A stretch of 64,000 nucleotides of DNA, taken from NCBI GenBank assembly GCA_964291215.2, contig OZ219790.1, positions 2,272,001 through 2,336,000 on the forward strand, read 5' to 3'. Source of the DNA: Alphaproteobacteria bacterium (GTDB lineage: Bacteria > Pseudomonadota > Alphaproteobacteria > MPNO01 > UBA830). The position numbers and the translations under genes were made by a program. Each line of letters opens with the position of its first letter. The first letter of the stretch is position 1. Below, in pieces: positions 20,070-31,033 of this stretch. A model generated the notes under the pieces. The model searched no databases. It worked only from the letters and a program-made list of their open reading frames with translations, and was not told the origin of the DNA.

Positions 20070-21253
20070 GGGTTTGCCCCCAGTTCGCCCATGCGCCATA
20101 GGTCTCCCAGCCGATAGTCGTTCAACCAAGTTGCGAGCTTCTTGGGATCGAGCCGGCGGAGGATGGTACCCTCACCAGGCCGTTCGCAGGCGATGACGGC
20201 TTCCGGTTGGTTCGTGAGCGCAGACACGAGCGCGTCCGAGTGTGTCGTCACGATGAGTTGCATGCGCTCGGAGGCCTCCACCAGTAGGTCCGCTATCAAC
20301 GTGACCGCATCGGGATGAAGACCTAGTTCCGGCTCTTCGATGCAGACGAGGGGGGGCGGCGATGGAGACAGAAGCGTCGCAAGGAGCGCCACAAATCGGA
20401 TTGTTCCGTCGGACAGCCGTGTCGGCGGAACAGGCGAATCGAAGCCGGGCTCGTGCAAATAAAACTGCACGGTTCCACCCGAGACCCTGGTAGACATGCG
20501 CTCAAACCGAGGGAAGAAGCGTTTCAGAAGCTCATTGAACCGTCGCCCATCCTTGTGCTCGATTTGATTGAGAACTAGGGCGAGATTGCGGGCATCCGGC
20601 AGGAGCCTGTCTTCCGGCAGATCGGCTGGTTGAGGTTGGCGTAGTGGCGCATAACGTCCGAACGTCCACTCACGAAACGTCTGAATGGCACCAAAGCGCT
20701 GGCCGACCCAAGTGACTTCGGGGTAGAGATCCGGGTCCTTTCGCTGGGCCAGGACCGATTGGTCCGGAAGAAGTGTTTCCCGTTCAAGTCGCCGCGGCCG
20801 GTCTGTCCCAGGACCTCTCGCATTGCGTACGTTGATAGCCGGGCGCCCGCGCTGGAAGCGATAATAAAAGAAGACATCGTCCTTACCGTGGAGGGGTTCG
20901 ACCTCCTCGATCGCTTCATCGAGAACTTCGACGCGGCTCTGAACCGACGTGAACTCGAGACGATATCGCAAAGGCCGGCCGGTGGGGGTGTTTGCGTCCA
21001 ACTCGACATCGAGCGTAGCGGGCCCTTGCTCACTCACTCCCTTCCAAAGCCACTCAGCTGGCCCGCCTCCGTCACGAACGGCTTTTGCAAAATCGGTGGG
21101 CGTCGCGCGGAGTAGTTCGAAAGCTTCGATTACATTGGACTTCCCCGACCCGTTGGGTCCGATCAGCACATTGAGGCCATTCAAATCGAAAGCTTCTGAT
21201 CCGGGTGCAAAGGATAGAAAGCTATCGAGGCGGAGACGTTGGATGGTTCTCAT
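20066..21253 (-). CDS. ABC-type ATPase (AAA_21/AAA_15)
   Basis: Walker A GPNGSGKS, signature LSDGT, Walker B CIEEPELGLHP, H-loop TTHS, all intact. Confidence 0.92.
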   Translation of the reverse strand: MRTIQRLRLDSFLSFAPGSEAFDLNGLNVLIGPNGSGKSNVIEAFELLRATPTDFAKAVRDGGGPAEWLWKGVSEQGPATLDVELDANTPTGRPLRYRLEFTSVQSRVEVLDEAIEEVEPLHGKDDVFFYYRFQRGRPAINVRNARGPGTDRPRRLERETLLPDQSVLAQRKDPDLYPEVTWVGQRFGAIQTFREWTFGRYAPLRQPQPADLPEDRLLPDARNLALVLNQIEHKDGRRFNELLKRFFPRFERMSTRVSGGTVQFYLHEPGFDSPVPPTRLSDGTIRFVALLATLLSPSPPPLVCIEEPELGLHPDAVTLIADLLVEASERMQLIVTTHSDALVSALTNQPEAVIACERPGEGTILRRLDPKKLATWLNDYRLGDLWRMGELGANP

Positions 21254-21267
21254 TGCTATGCCTCCCC

Positions 21268-24200
21268 TCAGTTCACCAGCACCGGGTCATTCGCGATCCC
21301 CTCGAGGAACGTCTTCTTCTGGCACCCGATCCAGGCTTCAACCTCTGCCCCATCGCGCAAGGTGGCGCGTTCGAGAGAGATCGTCTGAACCTTGGGCAGG
21401 AGAAGCTTGGCGGCACGCTCGATGGCCTGAGCAATACGACCGGGGATCGCATCGATCTCGGCCTGCGCGCTTGCCAACGGCCTTTGATCGAGATGGTTGG
21501 CCCCAGCGCTTCGTCGTTCGCAACCTCGGGTTTCGTCGGTTGCTTCAAGCCGACCGCGGCCTTGATTGCGTCCTGGTCAGCCACCGGAACCTGTTTCCAG
21601 ACATCATTCCCATTGAGGGAACGCATCGCTTTCTGGAACGCGTCCTGGTGCGCCGCGAAGCTGTCCTGCACGGCCTTCCGCAAGAGGTTGCCCAGCGCAA
21701 CGCGGATGCCGCTCGCCGGATCGGAGTTGTCGAGCAGAAGCCGCTGACTCCGCACCGCCTCGATCTGGTCGAGATGCGGCTTGGCCGCCTCCAGCGCGTC
21801 GGCATGCCTCGCCAGCCGTTCGATCAACTGCCATTTGGGCAGCCGCTCGGTGATCAGGCTCTTGGCGGCTGACCACTGCTTGATCTTATCTTCCCACCCG
21901 GGGGCCTTGTCCTTGATCGCGACCAGCTGCTCGTTGCCGATGAGCCGCTGGATATCCTCGATTTCGGTCACTGCCGGCGAGGTCGGAAGGGGAGCGTCGC
22001 CACCCGCAGACCGAGCGAACTCGATCAGCTTGCTCAGGAACTCGCCAGCGCGGGCGCCCTCTTCACCGCCCTTGCAGGGGACGCTGAGAGACTGAAACAG
22101 CTTGCGCAACACCAGGCGGTCTTGCACCGAGAGGGGCACATGCTCGACGAGGAACGCGGACTTGGAGATCTTATTCTGGTCGAGCTGACCGAGGGGGACT
22201 GCGGCGCCGTTCAGCGTTGCGGTGATATGCTGCGAGCGGTGAAGGGCAACAAGTGCGGCATCAACGGCGTCGCGCGGCCAGCCAACGGGCGCGCGCCCGA
22301 GGGCCTTGCGAATGTCCGCGCCTGTCTTGCCAGCGCCGATGGTGGTGGTCACCTGCCGATAGACCGGGTGCTTCTCGGTGGCGTCGGTGTGGCCTGTCGG
22401 TTGGAACGGGTGGTCCGCGCCGTCCCGCGCCCGCTTGATGACGGCCGCCCATGCCGCGCTGTCCGCCTCCTCGAACCGGGGAAACATGCGCACCAGCGCG
22501 TCGTCGGTCGCGGTCTTGATGCGGTCATCCAAGGAGGAGAGCAGCACTTCGCTGCCGCCGCCCTGATAGACCTTGGCATTGCTGACGATCTCGCGGACAA
22601 GTCGATCACGGTCGCCGACGGCGCGCGCACGTCGGCTGTCCATGCTCTGCCTGGCTTCCTGACCCTCCGGGGAGGTCGGATTGCCTTTCGCGTCGAGAGC
22701 CTGCTGCGCCGCGTCGGCCTCGACGATCAGGCGGCGAAGGTCGTCGGCCGATTGGCGCGGAAGGAAAACATGAAGGACCGGACTGTCGGCTCCGGCAGCA
22801 CGCGCTGCGTCGACCACTTCCTTCTCCGAGGCGCTCCAGCCATCGCGGATCCAGATCGGGATGCCGCTGCCATCGACAGTCGGCGGCGTCGCCTCGCGAT
22901 GCACGACGAACTGGCGCGGCTCCTTGGCAGCGCCCTGAACAACACGCAGGCCACGGACGAGCTTGTCGATCTCCCCATAGAGCAGTTGGTCGCGCTTGAA
23001 CTGGATCGCCGCGTCGTCGTTGTTGAGCTTCGTCTGCCGATTGCGGAATTCGCGGTCCCATTCGCTGCCCTCGCGGGTCTGCAGGCGATACTCCTCGCCG
23101 ACTGGCATAAGGACGCCCAGATCCGAGAGCTTCTTCAGCATCGCCTCGACATCGCTGCGCAGCTTGCCGTTGTCGGCCGCCAGGTCATCGATGAGAAGGT
23201 CAGCGATGTGCTCGCTGGTTGCGCGCACCCCTATGTCGGCGCCGGCTTCGCGCTTCAGCTTGCCGATAAGGAAGACGAGGCCGCAGACGCGCTGCGCGAG
23301 AGGACCTTCGGCCCGACCGACCTGAATGATGCGTTCGTTGATCTCGCGAAGCAGAACGCCGGTGTTGACCATCTCCGGCGCCAGCGCGTCGAACAGCTTA
23401 TCTCCGGGCACGACGGTGCCAAGCGAGCGATCCGACAGCTTGGCGATCGCGTCATGGATGATCCGCAGCTGGGAGCGCAGCTGGCTGTGGGTGGCGGCGG
23501 CATCGATCTGGCGGAAGCAGTCCTCCCAGAAGCGGCGGCGTACCGGCAACAGCGGATAATCCTCAACAACAACCTTCCGATCCTCAACCGTCTCGCCGAT
23601 CCGCGTGCCCTGGAGCTGACGCGACACCTCGCCGGCGTGCTTGTCCAGCAGTGAGCGCACATCGCCGACCGCGGTGGGCTTCTTCTGGAGCAGCACCTTC
23701 CGCGTGACTGTCTCCACTTCGGCGTCGGACAACGGCACGCGGATGGTGAACCGGTCCATCAACTTCTGGAGCAGAGGCACGTCGGTGAGCGCGCTCTGTC
23801 CGGCACCCACGATCATCACGTGGCTGTCGAGCTGCTTCGAGACGGCTTCGGCCACTTCGGTCACGAGCACGGAGCGATCATTGGACTCGCCAATGTACTG
23901 CTGCGTCTCGTCCAGGATGAGGAGCGTGCAGGGCAGGCGACCATCCTTGCCGACCAGTTGGAGCGCATCCTTCGCCGTTCTCAGGAACTGGTCGGTCGTA
24001 ATGTCAGACGTCTGGAGTGGAAATTGCGCTCTCAGCGCTTGCCGGGCCTCAGCTTCGTTCGTGGCGAAGGCGTGCTCGCAGGCGAGGACAGCACGGGCAA
24101 TCGGCCCACTGACGTAGAGATTGTTGAGTTCGCGATCGAAGGACCCGCCGGCGGTCTCGACCTTGATCTTGTCAAAGTGCCCGAGTGAGTGAAGCCAGAG

Positions 24201-24482
24201 ACAGAAGCACGCCTGCGGGTATTGCTCTGGGAGGCCGGCGGCGCGCAGCAGAATCCCGAGAATGGTCAGACGGACATTATCGATCGTGCCACTCGGGAGA
24301 GCGCCTGCCGCCGCGATCAGACCACCAGCGCGCTTTCCGGCGGTGTCGAGCTCCCGCAAAAGGTCGTGCAGATCCTTGTCGTAGACGACCATGACGACCC
24401 GCTGAGCACCGGTAACGGTTCGCTGCCAGGGCGTTGCGATGTGACGGCCGTACTTTTCCGCGAGATCTTCGACGCGAGCCAT
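21268..24482 (-). pseudogene. brxC: In-frame brxB(N-term)::brxC(C-term) deletion fusion, with a frameshift near 21500
   Basis: First ~37 aa are BrxB-like (PWQRTVTGAQRVVMVVYDK); the rest is BrxC-like (LILDETQQYIG, KLMDRF, YPLLPVRRRFWE, GWPRDAVDAAL); no Walker A; C-terminus continues in 21268-21477. Confidence 0.8.
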
Positions 24483-24484
24483 GG

Positions 24485-25294
24485 CTAGACCCTCGCAGCG
24501 GGAGGATCGAGGCGAGCGACATTCAACTCGACCACATCACCGGCCATTCTCAGATCGATGAGTCCGATCCGCTTCGCTTCCAGTGCCAGCTGGCGGGCCT
24601 GCCCCGGATCGCAGTCCAGCAGTTGAAGCCAGCCCGAGGAGAAAAGGTCGGCGCCACGGTAGCCCGCAGCGTAGGCAAGGTAGAGGGCGAAGGCGACAGC
24701 GGCGGGGGTTGCGCGCACCAGACGACGCTTTTTGAATGTGCGTCCTTCAAGGTGACCAGACTGGGTCCAGCTGCTGGCAGCGTTCCGGCAGACTTTTTCG
24801 AGAATGCTTTCGTTCAAGCGATCCTCGACCGAAGCCCGCAGGGCGGCTTTCATCGGCTCGCGCTGCAGCTCCGCACCGGGGGGCAAGGGGATGACGGCCG
24901 TGCACGTGGCGGCAAGCAGGGGGTCACGTGCTATCGCGGCCAGAAGTGCTAGCAGTGGTCGACTGTCGGGATCGAGAGACCAGAGCCGTCGGAGCACCCG
25001 AAACAGCGGCAGATCCCGGTCCAACCCATACAGCTCACCTAGTCGTTGATTCGAGAAGCGGCGCGTTGCCGCAGTCGCCTTGGACAGGCAATTCCCCTCA
25101 ATAATCGCTGCGGCGTAGTCGGCCCGTTTTCCGGCCTCTGGCGCTGCGTCGAGCACCGCCTCCAACTCTGCCAACATCATGGTCCGGCTGGTGTGGGTTC
25201 CTATGGCGCCGAATCGAAAACCGGCTTCCTCGGCGCGTGCTCGCGGCCCGTTGGAAGGAAAGAGGCGGAAATGATATGTCTGAGATTCGAGCAT
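24485..25294 (-). CDS. brxA: BREX protein BrxA-like
   Basis: GTHTSRTMMLAEL...NCLSKAT...RNAASSWTQSGHLEGR; lies immediately upstream of brxB. Confidence 0.75.
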   Translation of the reverse strand: MLESQTYHFRLFPSNGPRARAEEAGFRFGAIGTHTSRTMMLAELEAVLDAAPEAGKRADYAAAIIEGNCLSKATAATRRFSNQRLGELYGLDRDLPLFRVLRRLWSLDPDSRPLLALLAAIARDPLLAATCTAVIPLPPGAELQREPMKAALRASVEDRLNESILEKVCRNAASSWTQSGHLEGRTFKKRRLVRATPAAVAFALYLAYAAGYRGADLFSSGWLQLLDCDPGQARQLALEAKRIGLIDLRMAGDVVELNVARLDPPAARV

Positions 25295-25299
25295 GTCCG

Positions 25300-25383
25300 T
25301 GCCGGCAAGTTTGCCGGCATTACCTCTCACAATCCAATATACTTGTCACCCGAGGCAACCCTCTCGCCGGCAAGTTTGCCAGC
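25300..25383. promoter_or_regulatory. Paired palindromic operator-like sites upstream of brxA
   Basis: TGCCGGCAA-GT-TTGCCGGCA (25300-25319) and GCCGGCAAGTTTGCCAGC (25366-25383) flank a minus-strand TATATT. Confidence 0.55.
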
Positions 25384-25618
25384 CACCATGTCGGGCTCGG
25401 CGTGATCTCCAAGGTCGGTAGGGGCTCAGGTATCCCCTCGATGGACCCAAGCGTCGAGCGAGGGCTGAGTGGAGTGCGCAACAGAGCGATCCATTTCGCA
25501 ACAAAGCGGCGACCAAGGAAAACGAATTGGCGTTGATATGCAACGATATCGACTGCAAACGCATTCAGGGCGTGGCCCTCCGTGCCCTTCTCAGGAGTTA
25601 GTATGGAGCATTTCTCGA

Positions 25619-26844
25619 CCCCACTTCCAGTCTGAAGTGCAACATCCGGTCCTCATCGCAGTGAGGGCGTAGCCCGAACAGAGATGAGGGCCGGGTGTTG
25701 CACAAGTTTTCCCCCTCTGCCCCTCTCGATTCCGCCTGGGAACAGCTTCAGTTCCTTCAACATCGAGCTTATGCAACGCCTTTGTCGGCTTCAAGCCACT
25801 ATTTCGTCGTAGCGCGGCATGGACCCTGCTGCACGTTGCGGCTTCGGAACGCAGATGGTCAGGGCGGTTTCACTTCAAGATTACCTCCGTCGGCGATCCC
25901 AGGACTTTCCGAGTGTTGAGCCGATCCTGTACCTTCTGAACATCTTCGTTGCATGTCGCGCGAAAGTCCGTGCCCTTCGGGAAGTACTCCCGCACCAGGC
26001 CGTTGGTGTGCTCATTCAAGCCGCGCTCTCAAGAATGGAAAGGCGAAGAAGAAATCTGCGTCAAGTACTTCAGCGACACGCCTGTGGTCTGCGAACTCCT
26101 TGCCGTTGTGATTGTGTGGACCAATAGCGCACCAGAGCCGAGCAGGCGGATCATGACCGAACCGACCGTGTCTGCGGTCTTTCTCTGCACCCGTCCCAGC
26201 AAGGTGTATTTCGTGGCACGAGCGACACGACAGCTCCACTGTGAGCTTTGCCGATGATGGCTCCCAGTCGCCGATCCGTTCCTTTGCCTCCGCAGGGCGC
26301 TCGGAAATGTCCACTCGGCCAGGAATGTGACCCCGATGGCATCCGCCCTTCCAGTTCGGCTTCTTGCCGCGCCGCCGAAGCTTCTTCCACAAGACGCCCC
26401 CGGCTCTCCGATCTTCGGCGATCATGGATCCGTTGCCGACCCACGGCCCTCCAGTCGAAAACGGCCGCTGCTCGGGGCCCTCCCGCAGCTTTTTCTGAGC
26501 TTCAACCCGAGGCGTCAACCGCCAGGAAACAGACGAGGCTGCCCTGCGTTTCTGCCATCCTTTGCGCCTGCTTGTGACGGTAACCCCGTCCCCCGGTGTT
26601 GCGCTTGATCTCCCGGAAAATTGTTGATCGGCCCAGCTGCCGAGCAAGCGCACCTTGTTAAAGACCGCTTTTCTGCCTCAATCTGGCATCGCTCTTCGTA
26701 GGTGACGGTAGCCTTTGGACATGAACAAGCTCCCTTCATCTTGTACAGGAACTTTCGCCGCTGCTGGACAGCTCCGCAACATCATGCGTCTAAAAACACA
26801 TGGCCACAGCCCATCATGTGTTGCACTTCACTATGGAACGGGGG
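25619..26844 (-). mobile_element. IS30-family element, transposase multiply frameshifted
   Basis: Matching TIRs (..TGAAGTGCAACA); fragments MSKGYRH/EERCQI, GHIPGRVDISERP, RIGDWE, NGKEFA, ERGLNEHTNGLVREYFPKG. Confidence 0.88.
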
Positions 26845-26862
26845 ATGGATTTAACAGTGTCC

Positions 26863-27499
26863 AGTTGAAAGGGCTGAAGCAGTACTGGTGCATTCCACCG
26901 CACCGGAGCGCACAGTTCGTGGCGAAGGATGTGCTTGACATCTATCAGCGGGACTTCGCCGGGGACGAGGTGCTGAGACCAGCCGGCAGCAGACGAAGGA
27001 ACCCCCCCGGTCAACCGGAGGCGGTCGACTATGAATATGAGCGCAACGGTACGGCCAACCCCTTCCTGGCCTTTGCGCCCAACGAGAACTGGCGCACGGT
27101 GAAAGTCACCGACCGCCGCGGGACTGGGCGCACTTCATCCGGGAGCTTGCCGACGACCATTTCCCCGACAGGAAGATCGTGCTGGACAATCTGAACACGC
27201 ACAGTCCCGCATCACTATATGAAGCCTTCGAGCCCGAGGAGGCGGGTACGAAAGCGGTTCGAGTTTCGCTACACGCCGAAGCACGGGAGCTGGCTCAACA
27301 TGGCCGAGATTGGCGCGCTGTCGCGGCAATGCCTTCGGCGACACATTCCCGACAGAGACACCATGCGGCGGGAGGCGGCGGCGTGGGTGGAACGGCGCAA
27401 TGCGGCCGATGTCACCGTCGACTGGCGTTTCACGACGAAGGATGCCCGGACGAAACTGAAGTCACTATATCCATCAATATAATAATGCCAGAATACTAG
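26863..27499 (+). mobile_element. IS630-family remnant (3' part)
   Basis: QYWCIPP, DYEYERNGTAN, LDNLNTH, YTPKHGSWLNMAEI, WRFTTKDARTKLKSLYP; ends in TACTAG. Confidence 0.85.
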
Positions 27500-27642
27500 G
27501 TGACGGTAGCCTTTGGTCATGAACAAGCTCCCTTCATCTTGTACAGGAAATCTCGCCTCTACTTGGCCACTCCGCAAAATTATGAATCTAAAAACACATG
27601 GTCACAGCCCATCATGTTTTGCACTTCACTATGGAACAGGGG
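27497..27642 (-). repeat. Second IS30 promoter-end fragment (repeat of about 26699-26844)
   Basis: Same TIR and MTKGYRHL start, cut at the IS630 end. Confidence 0.8.
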
Positions 27643-27854
27643 AGATGATTCGCATTTTTTCTGGCTTTTTTGTGAAGCGGTGTAGTATCCGTTGCTGTGA
27701 TGGAAGGGGCAGCGAATTTTTGTGAGACGACTCCAGAGGGTTTTGCGCTCCGGGATGTGGTTGTACGCCTTGCGCGGCCTGGTATCGCTGGAACCGTGTG
27801 GTTGACCGTCATCACTATGCTTAGGTTCAAGCAGTTTGTGGGTCGAGATCTGCG

Positions 27855-29119
27855 GATTACGCAACCTGATGTCTGGAAATTGTCGTGAAGCTGATCGAGC
27901 TGTTCCCATTTGATGTATGCCTTGGTTTCGGTTTCCCATTTTTCGTCGATGAGGACCGCGGTTGAGAGGCGCTCCAACGAGGCGAGGTTTGGAAAGACCC
28001 TGACTTTGGAGGTGCGCCGCTTGAGTTCTTGCTGGATCGGTCGCTCGATGCCGTTTGAGGTTCGCATACGTTTGCGGTGAGCATCGGGCAAGGTGAAGAC
28101 AGCGAGCCCCGCATTCTTTTCCAGCCAGGAAGCCTGGATGCTTGTCGCGATAGCTGGCCACGAGGACGCCCAGTTCAGCCTCGGCGGTTTGGAGTGAAGA
28201 CGCATGGCTCCGAGCTGTTTTCCAATACGTTTCCTGATGTCGTTGTTCGGTGCGTGCTGCACGGCGTTTTGTGCCAGGTGGAATTGGCAGCGCTGCCATG
28301 TCGCCGCGCCCAGCACCGCGCGTCGTGCCGCTTTCAGCCCAGCATGGTCATCCGAGACGATGAAGGTCGTACCATGCAGGGCTAGCAAGCTTTCCAGGAA
28401 GGCTCTCCAATGGACCTCGACCTTGGAGAGCGCCACAGAGAGCCCCAGAACGTGCCTGCAGCCCCTATTCCGATGGCCGAGAGCACTGCGACATCGCGCA
28501 CAACGCCGTCATGGCGGGCTTTTTCATAGCGCGCATCCAGGATCAGGTATTTCATCAGCCCAAGGGGCCGGTTGCGCCAGGCGGCGAGTTCTTCATCGAG
28601 CAACCTAGTGGCCCGGCTGACCTGAGAAGAGGACAGGCTCCCGAACTCGCGCATTACATCTTGCCGCGTGGAAACACCCTTGATGTACATCTCGGCTACG
28701 GCGCGAGAAGATCGCTGGCCTCGTTCAAGCGACTGGGGGGGTCGTCCCCGTGACCGGCCGTCTTTGGCACCTGAACGGCAACAGTGGGGGTGTCGATCCG
28801 CTTGTAGCCGTTGGCATAGCCCTGTCGCTCCGGTGTCCGGTGGCCCGCTTTCAAGTACTGCTCGCGCTCGATTTGCATCGCAAGCTCGAAGAGCTGGCCA
28901 AAGACCCGTCCCAGATCCGTTGCTCCGTTTGCGATCAGATGTTCCAAAACAGCCTCAATCGTCGTAGTGTGTCGCAGGTCCATTCGCTTCCTCCATGAAT
29001 GTTTTACAACTCCATGGGATAGCACGATGGCGCCGCGTTTCACTGGGGGGCTAGCCCCCCAGTGAAACGCCTCAAAGCGCAAACCTCAGACAAATTTCCA
29101 GACATCAAGTTACAGTACC
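27855..29119 (-). mobile_element. IS256-family element with frameshifted transposase and 8-bp TSD GATCTGCG
   Basis: MYIKGVSTR, YLILDARYEK, VSDDHAGLKAA, WQRCQFHL, RTSNGIER; TIRs contain TGATGTCTGGAAATT; TSD at 27847-27854 and 29120-29127. Confidence 0.9.
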
Positions 29120-29202
29120 GATCTGCGCTACGTATGTAACCGGGCAAACACGGACGTGCTGAAAATCCATTGAGCGTGAGGTCATCGCCGTTTAATCTTC
29201 GC

Positions 29203-29368
29203 GCACTAATGTCCCATTAAAAGTCGAATAGATTAAATTGTTTGCTTGGCCAGCCCTGTGAGTCCTGATGTTCTGCCATCTCAAGCATTTGATTCAGTGG
29301 TATTTTCTCGAAGATCGTGAGGCGCACAGTCTTGAGGATTGTGTTGAGGCTTTCCTCGATGTTCAGGC
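29203..29368 (-). mobile_element. IS4-family transposase C-terminal fragment and end, cut by the MITE
   Basis: LNIEESLNTILKTVRLTIFEKIPLNQML...QFNLFDF*, then GGGACATTAGTG. Confidence 0.65.
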
Positions 29369-29555
29369 CAGGACTTTCCCACGCTGTGGTTGATGTATTG
29401 AATGACCGCTGAACGGGGCACAAACTTCCGCGTTCTTTCCAGGTTTTCCGGCTGCGGCGACCCGTGGACAGCCCCGCGGCCAGAAAACTCGGCAGGCTGT
29501 GCAACCTCCCTCCATCAGCAGTCGACAAGATCGAATGCAGCGCGGGAAAGTCCTG
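29369..29555. mobile_element. 187-bp MITE, copy 2
   Basis: Same TIR and body as copies 1 and 3. Confidence 0.85.
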
Positions 29556-29800
29556 GATCCGAAGCCCCTTTTCCGCCAGGCCATGCCGTGGCCCGATCCG
29601 GCGTCGACACGGCAAATTTTCCCGACAGGCCCGGCTACGGAAAGCACCTCGTCGGCGTCCTCAACCGGAGGCAGACAAGCGGCTTGCGGACCGGAATACG
29701 AACCCGACGCGCAGGTTCCGGACACGGCTGCCGGCCGTCATGCGGTTGCATAGCCCCGTCATCTGCACTAAAGGCTTCCGGGCGAAATCGGAGTCCGGTG

Positions 29801-31033
29801 ATGAAAGCGTTCTGGCGAACACCAGTATATGTGCTCTTCGCAGCTACGCTGCTGCTGCTGATCGCCAACGGCACGCGCCAGAATTTCGGTCTCTTCCTCA
29901 TTCCGCTGAGCGCCGATCTCGGCTGGGGCCGCAGCGAGTTCGCGCTCGCGATCGCCATCCAGAACCTGGTGATGGGGGCGGCGGCGCCGTTCGTAGCCGG
30001 TCTCGGAGACCGGTTCGGATCGATACGGATCATCGCGCTCTCGAGCCTGTTATACGCTGGCGGCGTGGCCCTGATCTCGATCTCGACCACTCCGGAAACC
30101 ATGGTCCTCTCTGCCGGGCTAATCGTCGGTCTCGGCGCCTCCGGAATCGGCTTCACGCTGCCCCTGGCCTTGGTCGGCCGGATCGCGTCCGCCAGCAGGC
30201 GGAGCCTGTGGCTCGGCATCGTCACCGCCGGCGGCTCGGCCGGGCAGTTCGTCTTCGCTCCGATCAGCGCCGGGCTGATCAGCGGTTTCGGGTGGTCCGA
30301 TGGCATCATCGGCCTCTCGATCATCATCGCAATCACGGTGCCGCTGGCATCGTCCATGCGCGCCGGCAGCGCCTCCACCCTGGCCGCGCCGGATACCCAG
30401 AGCCTGTCGGCGGCGCTCCGCGAGGCAAGCGGCCACCGCGGCTACTGGTTGCTGGTGCTCGGATTCTTCGTCTGCGGATTCCAGATACAGTTCGTCGGCG
30501 TACATCTCCCGGGCTTTCTCCAGGACGCCGGCGCGAGCCCGTGGCTTGCAGCGTGGGCGCTCGGAGCGATCGGGCTATTCAACATCTTCGGCACGCTCCT
30601 CGCCGGCTGGATGGGCGCCCGATGGCGCAAGAAGAAGCTGCTGAGCCTCCTCTACCTCTCCCGCGGCATCCTGTTCCTCGTCTTTTTCATGCTGCCGGTA
30701 AACGAGTTCACGGTGCTTGGCTTCGCCTCGATCTTCGGGCTCCTCTGGCTTTCCACCGCCCCCCTCACGATGGGCATCGTCGCCCAGATCTTCGGCCCAC
30801 GCTACATGGCGACGCTGTTCGCCATCGTCTTCTTCAGCCATCAGGTCGGCGGATTCGCAGGAATTTATCTCGGCGGCTATTTCTACGATCTCTACAATTC
30901 GTACGATGTCGGCTGGTGGCTCGCCATGGCTCTCGGCGGCATCGCCGCGCTGATTCACTGGCAGCTCGACGACACCCCGGTCGAGCGCTGGCTCCGCGAG
31001 AGCGCGGCATCCGCGGGCACTTCCGGACGTTAG
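29801..31033 (+). CDS. MFS transporter
   Basis: About 12 TM segments; GLGDRFGSIR motif; HQVGGFAG. Confidence 0.92.
   Translation: MKAFWRTPVYVLFAATLLLLIANGTRQNFGLFLIPLSADLGWGRSEFALAIAIQNLVMGAAAPFVAGLGDRFGSIRIIALSSLLYAGGVALISISTTPETMVLSAGLIVGLGASGIGFTLPLALVGRIASASRRSLWLGIVTAGGSAGQFVFAPISAGLISGFGWSDGIIGLSIIIAITVPLASSMRAGSASTLAAPDTQSLSAALREASGHRGYWLLVLGFFVCGFQIQFVGVHLPGFLQDAGASPWLAAWALGAIGLFNIFGTLLAGWMGARWRKKKLLSLLYLSRGILFLVFFMLPVNEFTVLGFASIFGLLWLSTAPLTMGIVAQIFGPRYMATLFAIVFFSHQVGGFAGIYLGGYFYDLYNSYDVGWWLAMALGGIAALIHWQLDDTPVERWLRESAASAGTSGR

Noticed and set aside
19151-26844. BREX remnant as an IS30 composite transposon
   Set aside because: The left copy is only a 179-bp end fused into pglX and no shared TSD is visible; deletion is the simpler explanation
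27643-27846. Possible additional IS fragment targeted by IS256
   Set aside because: Too short and degenerate to assign by eye
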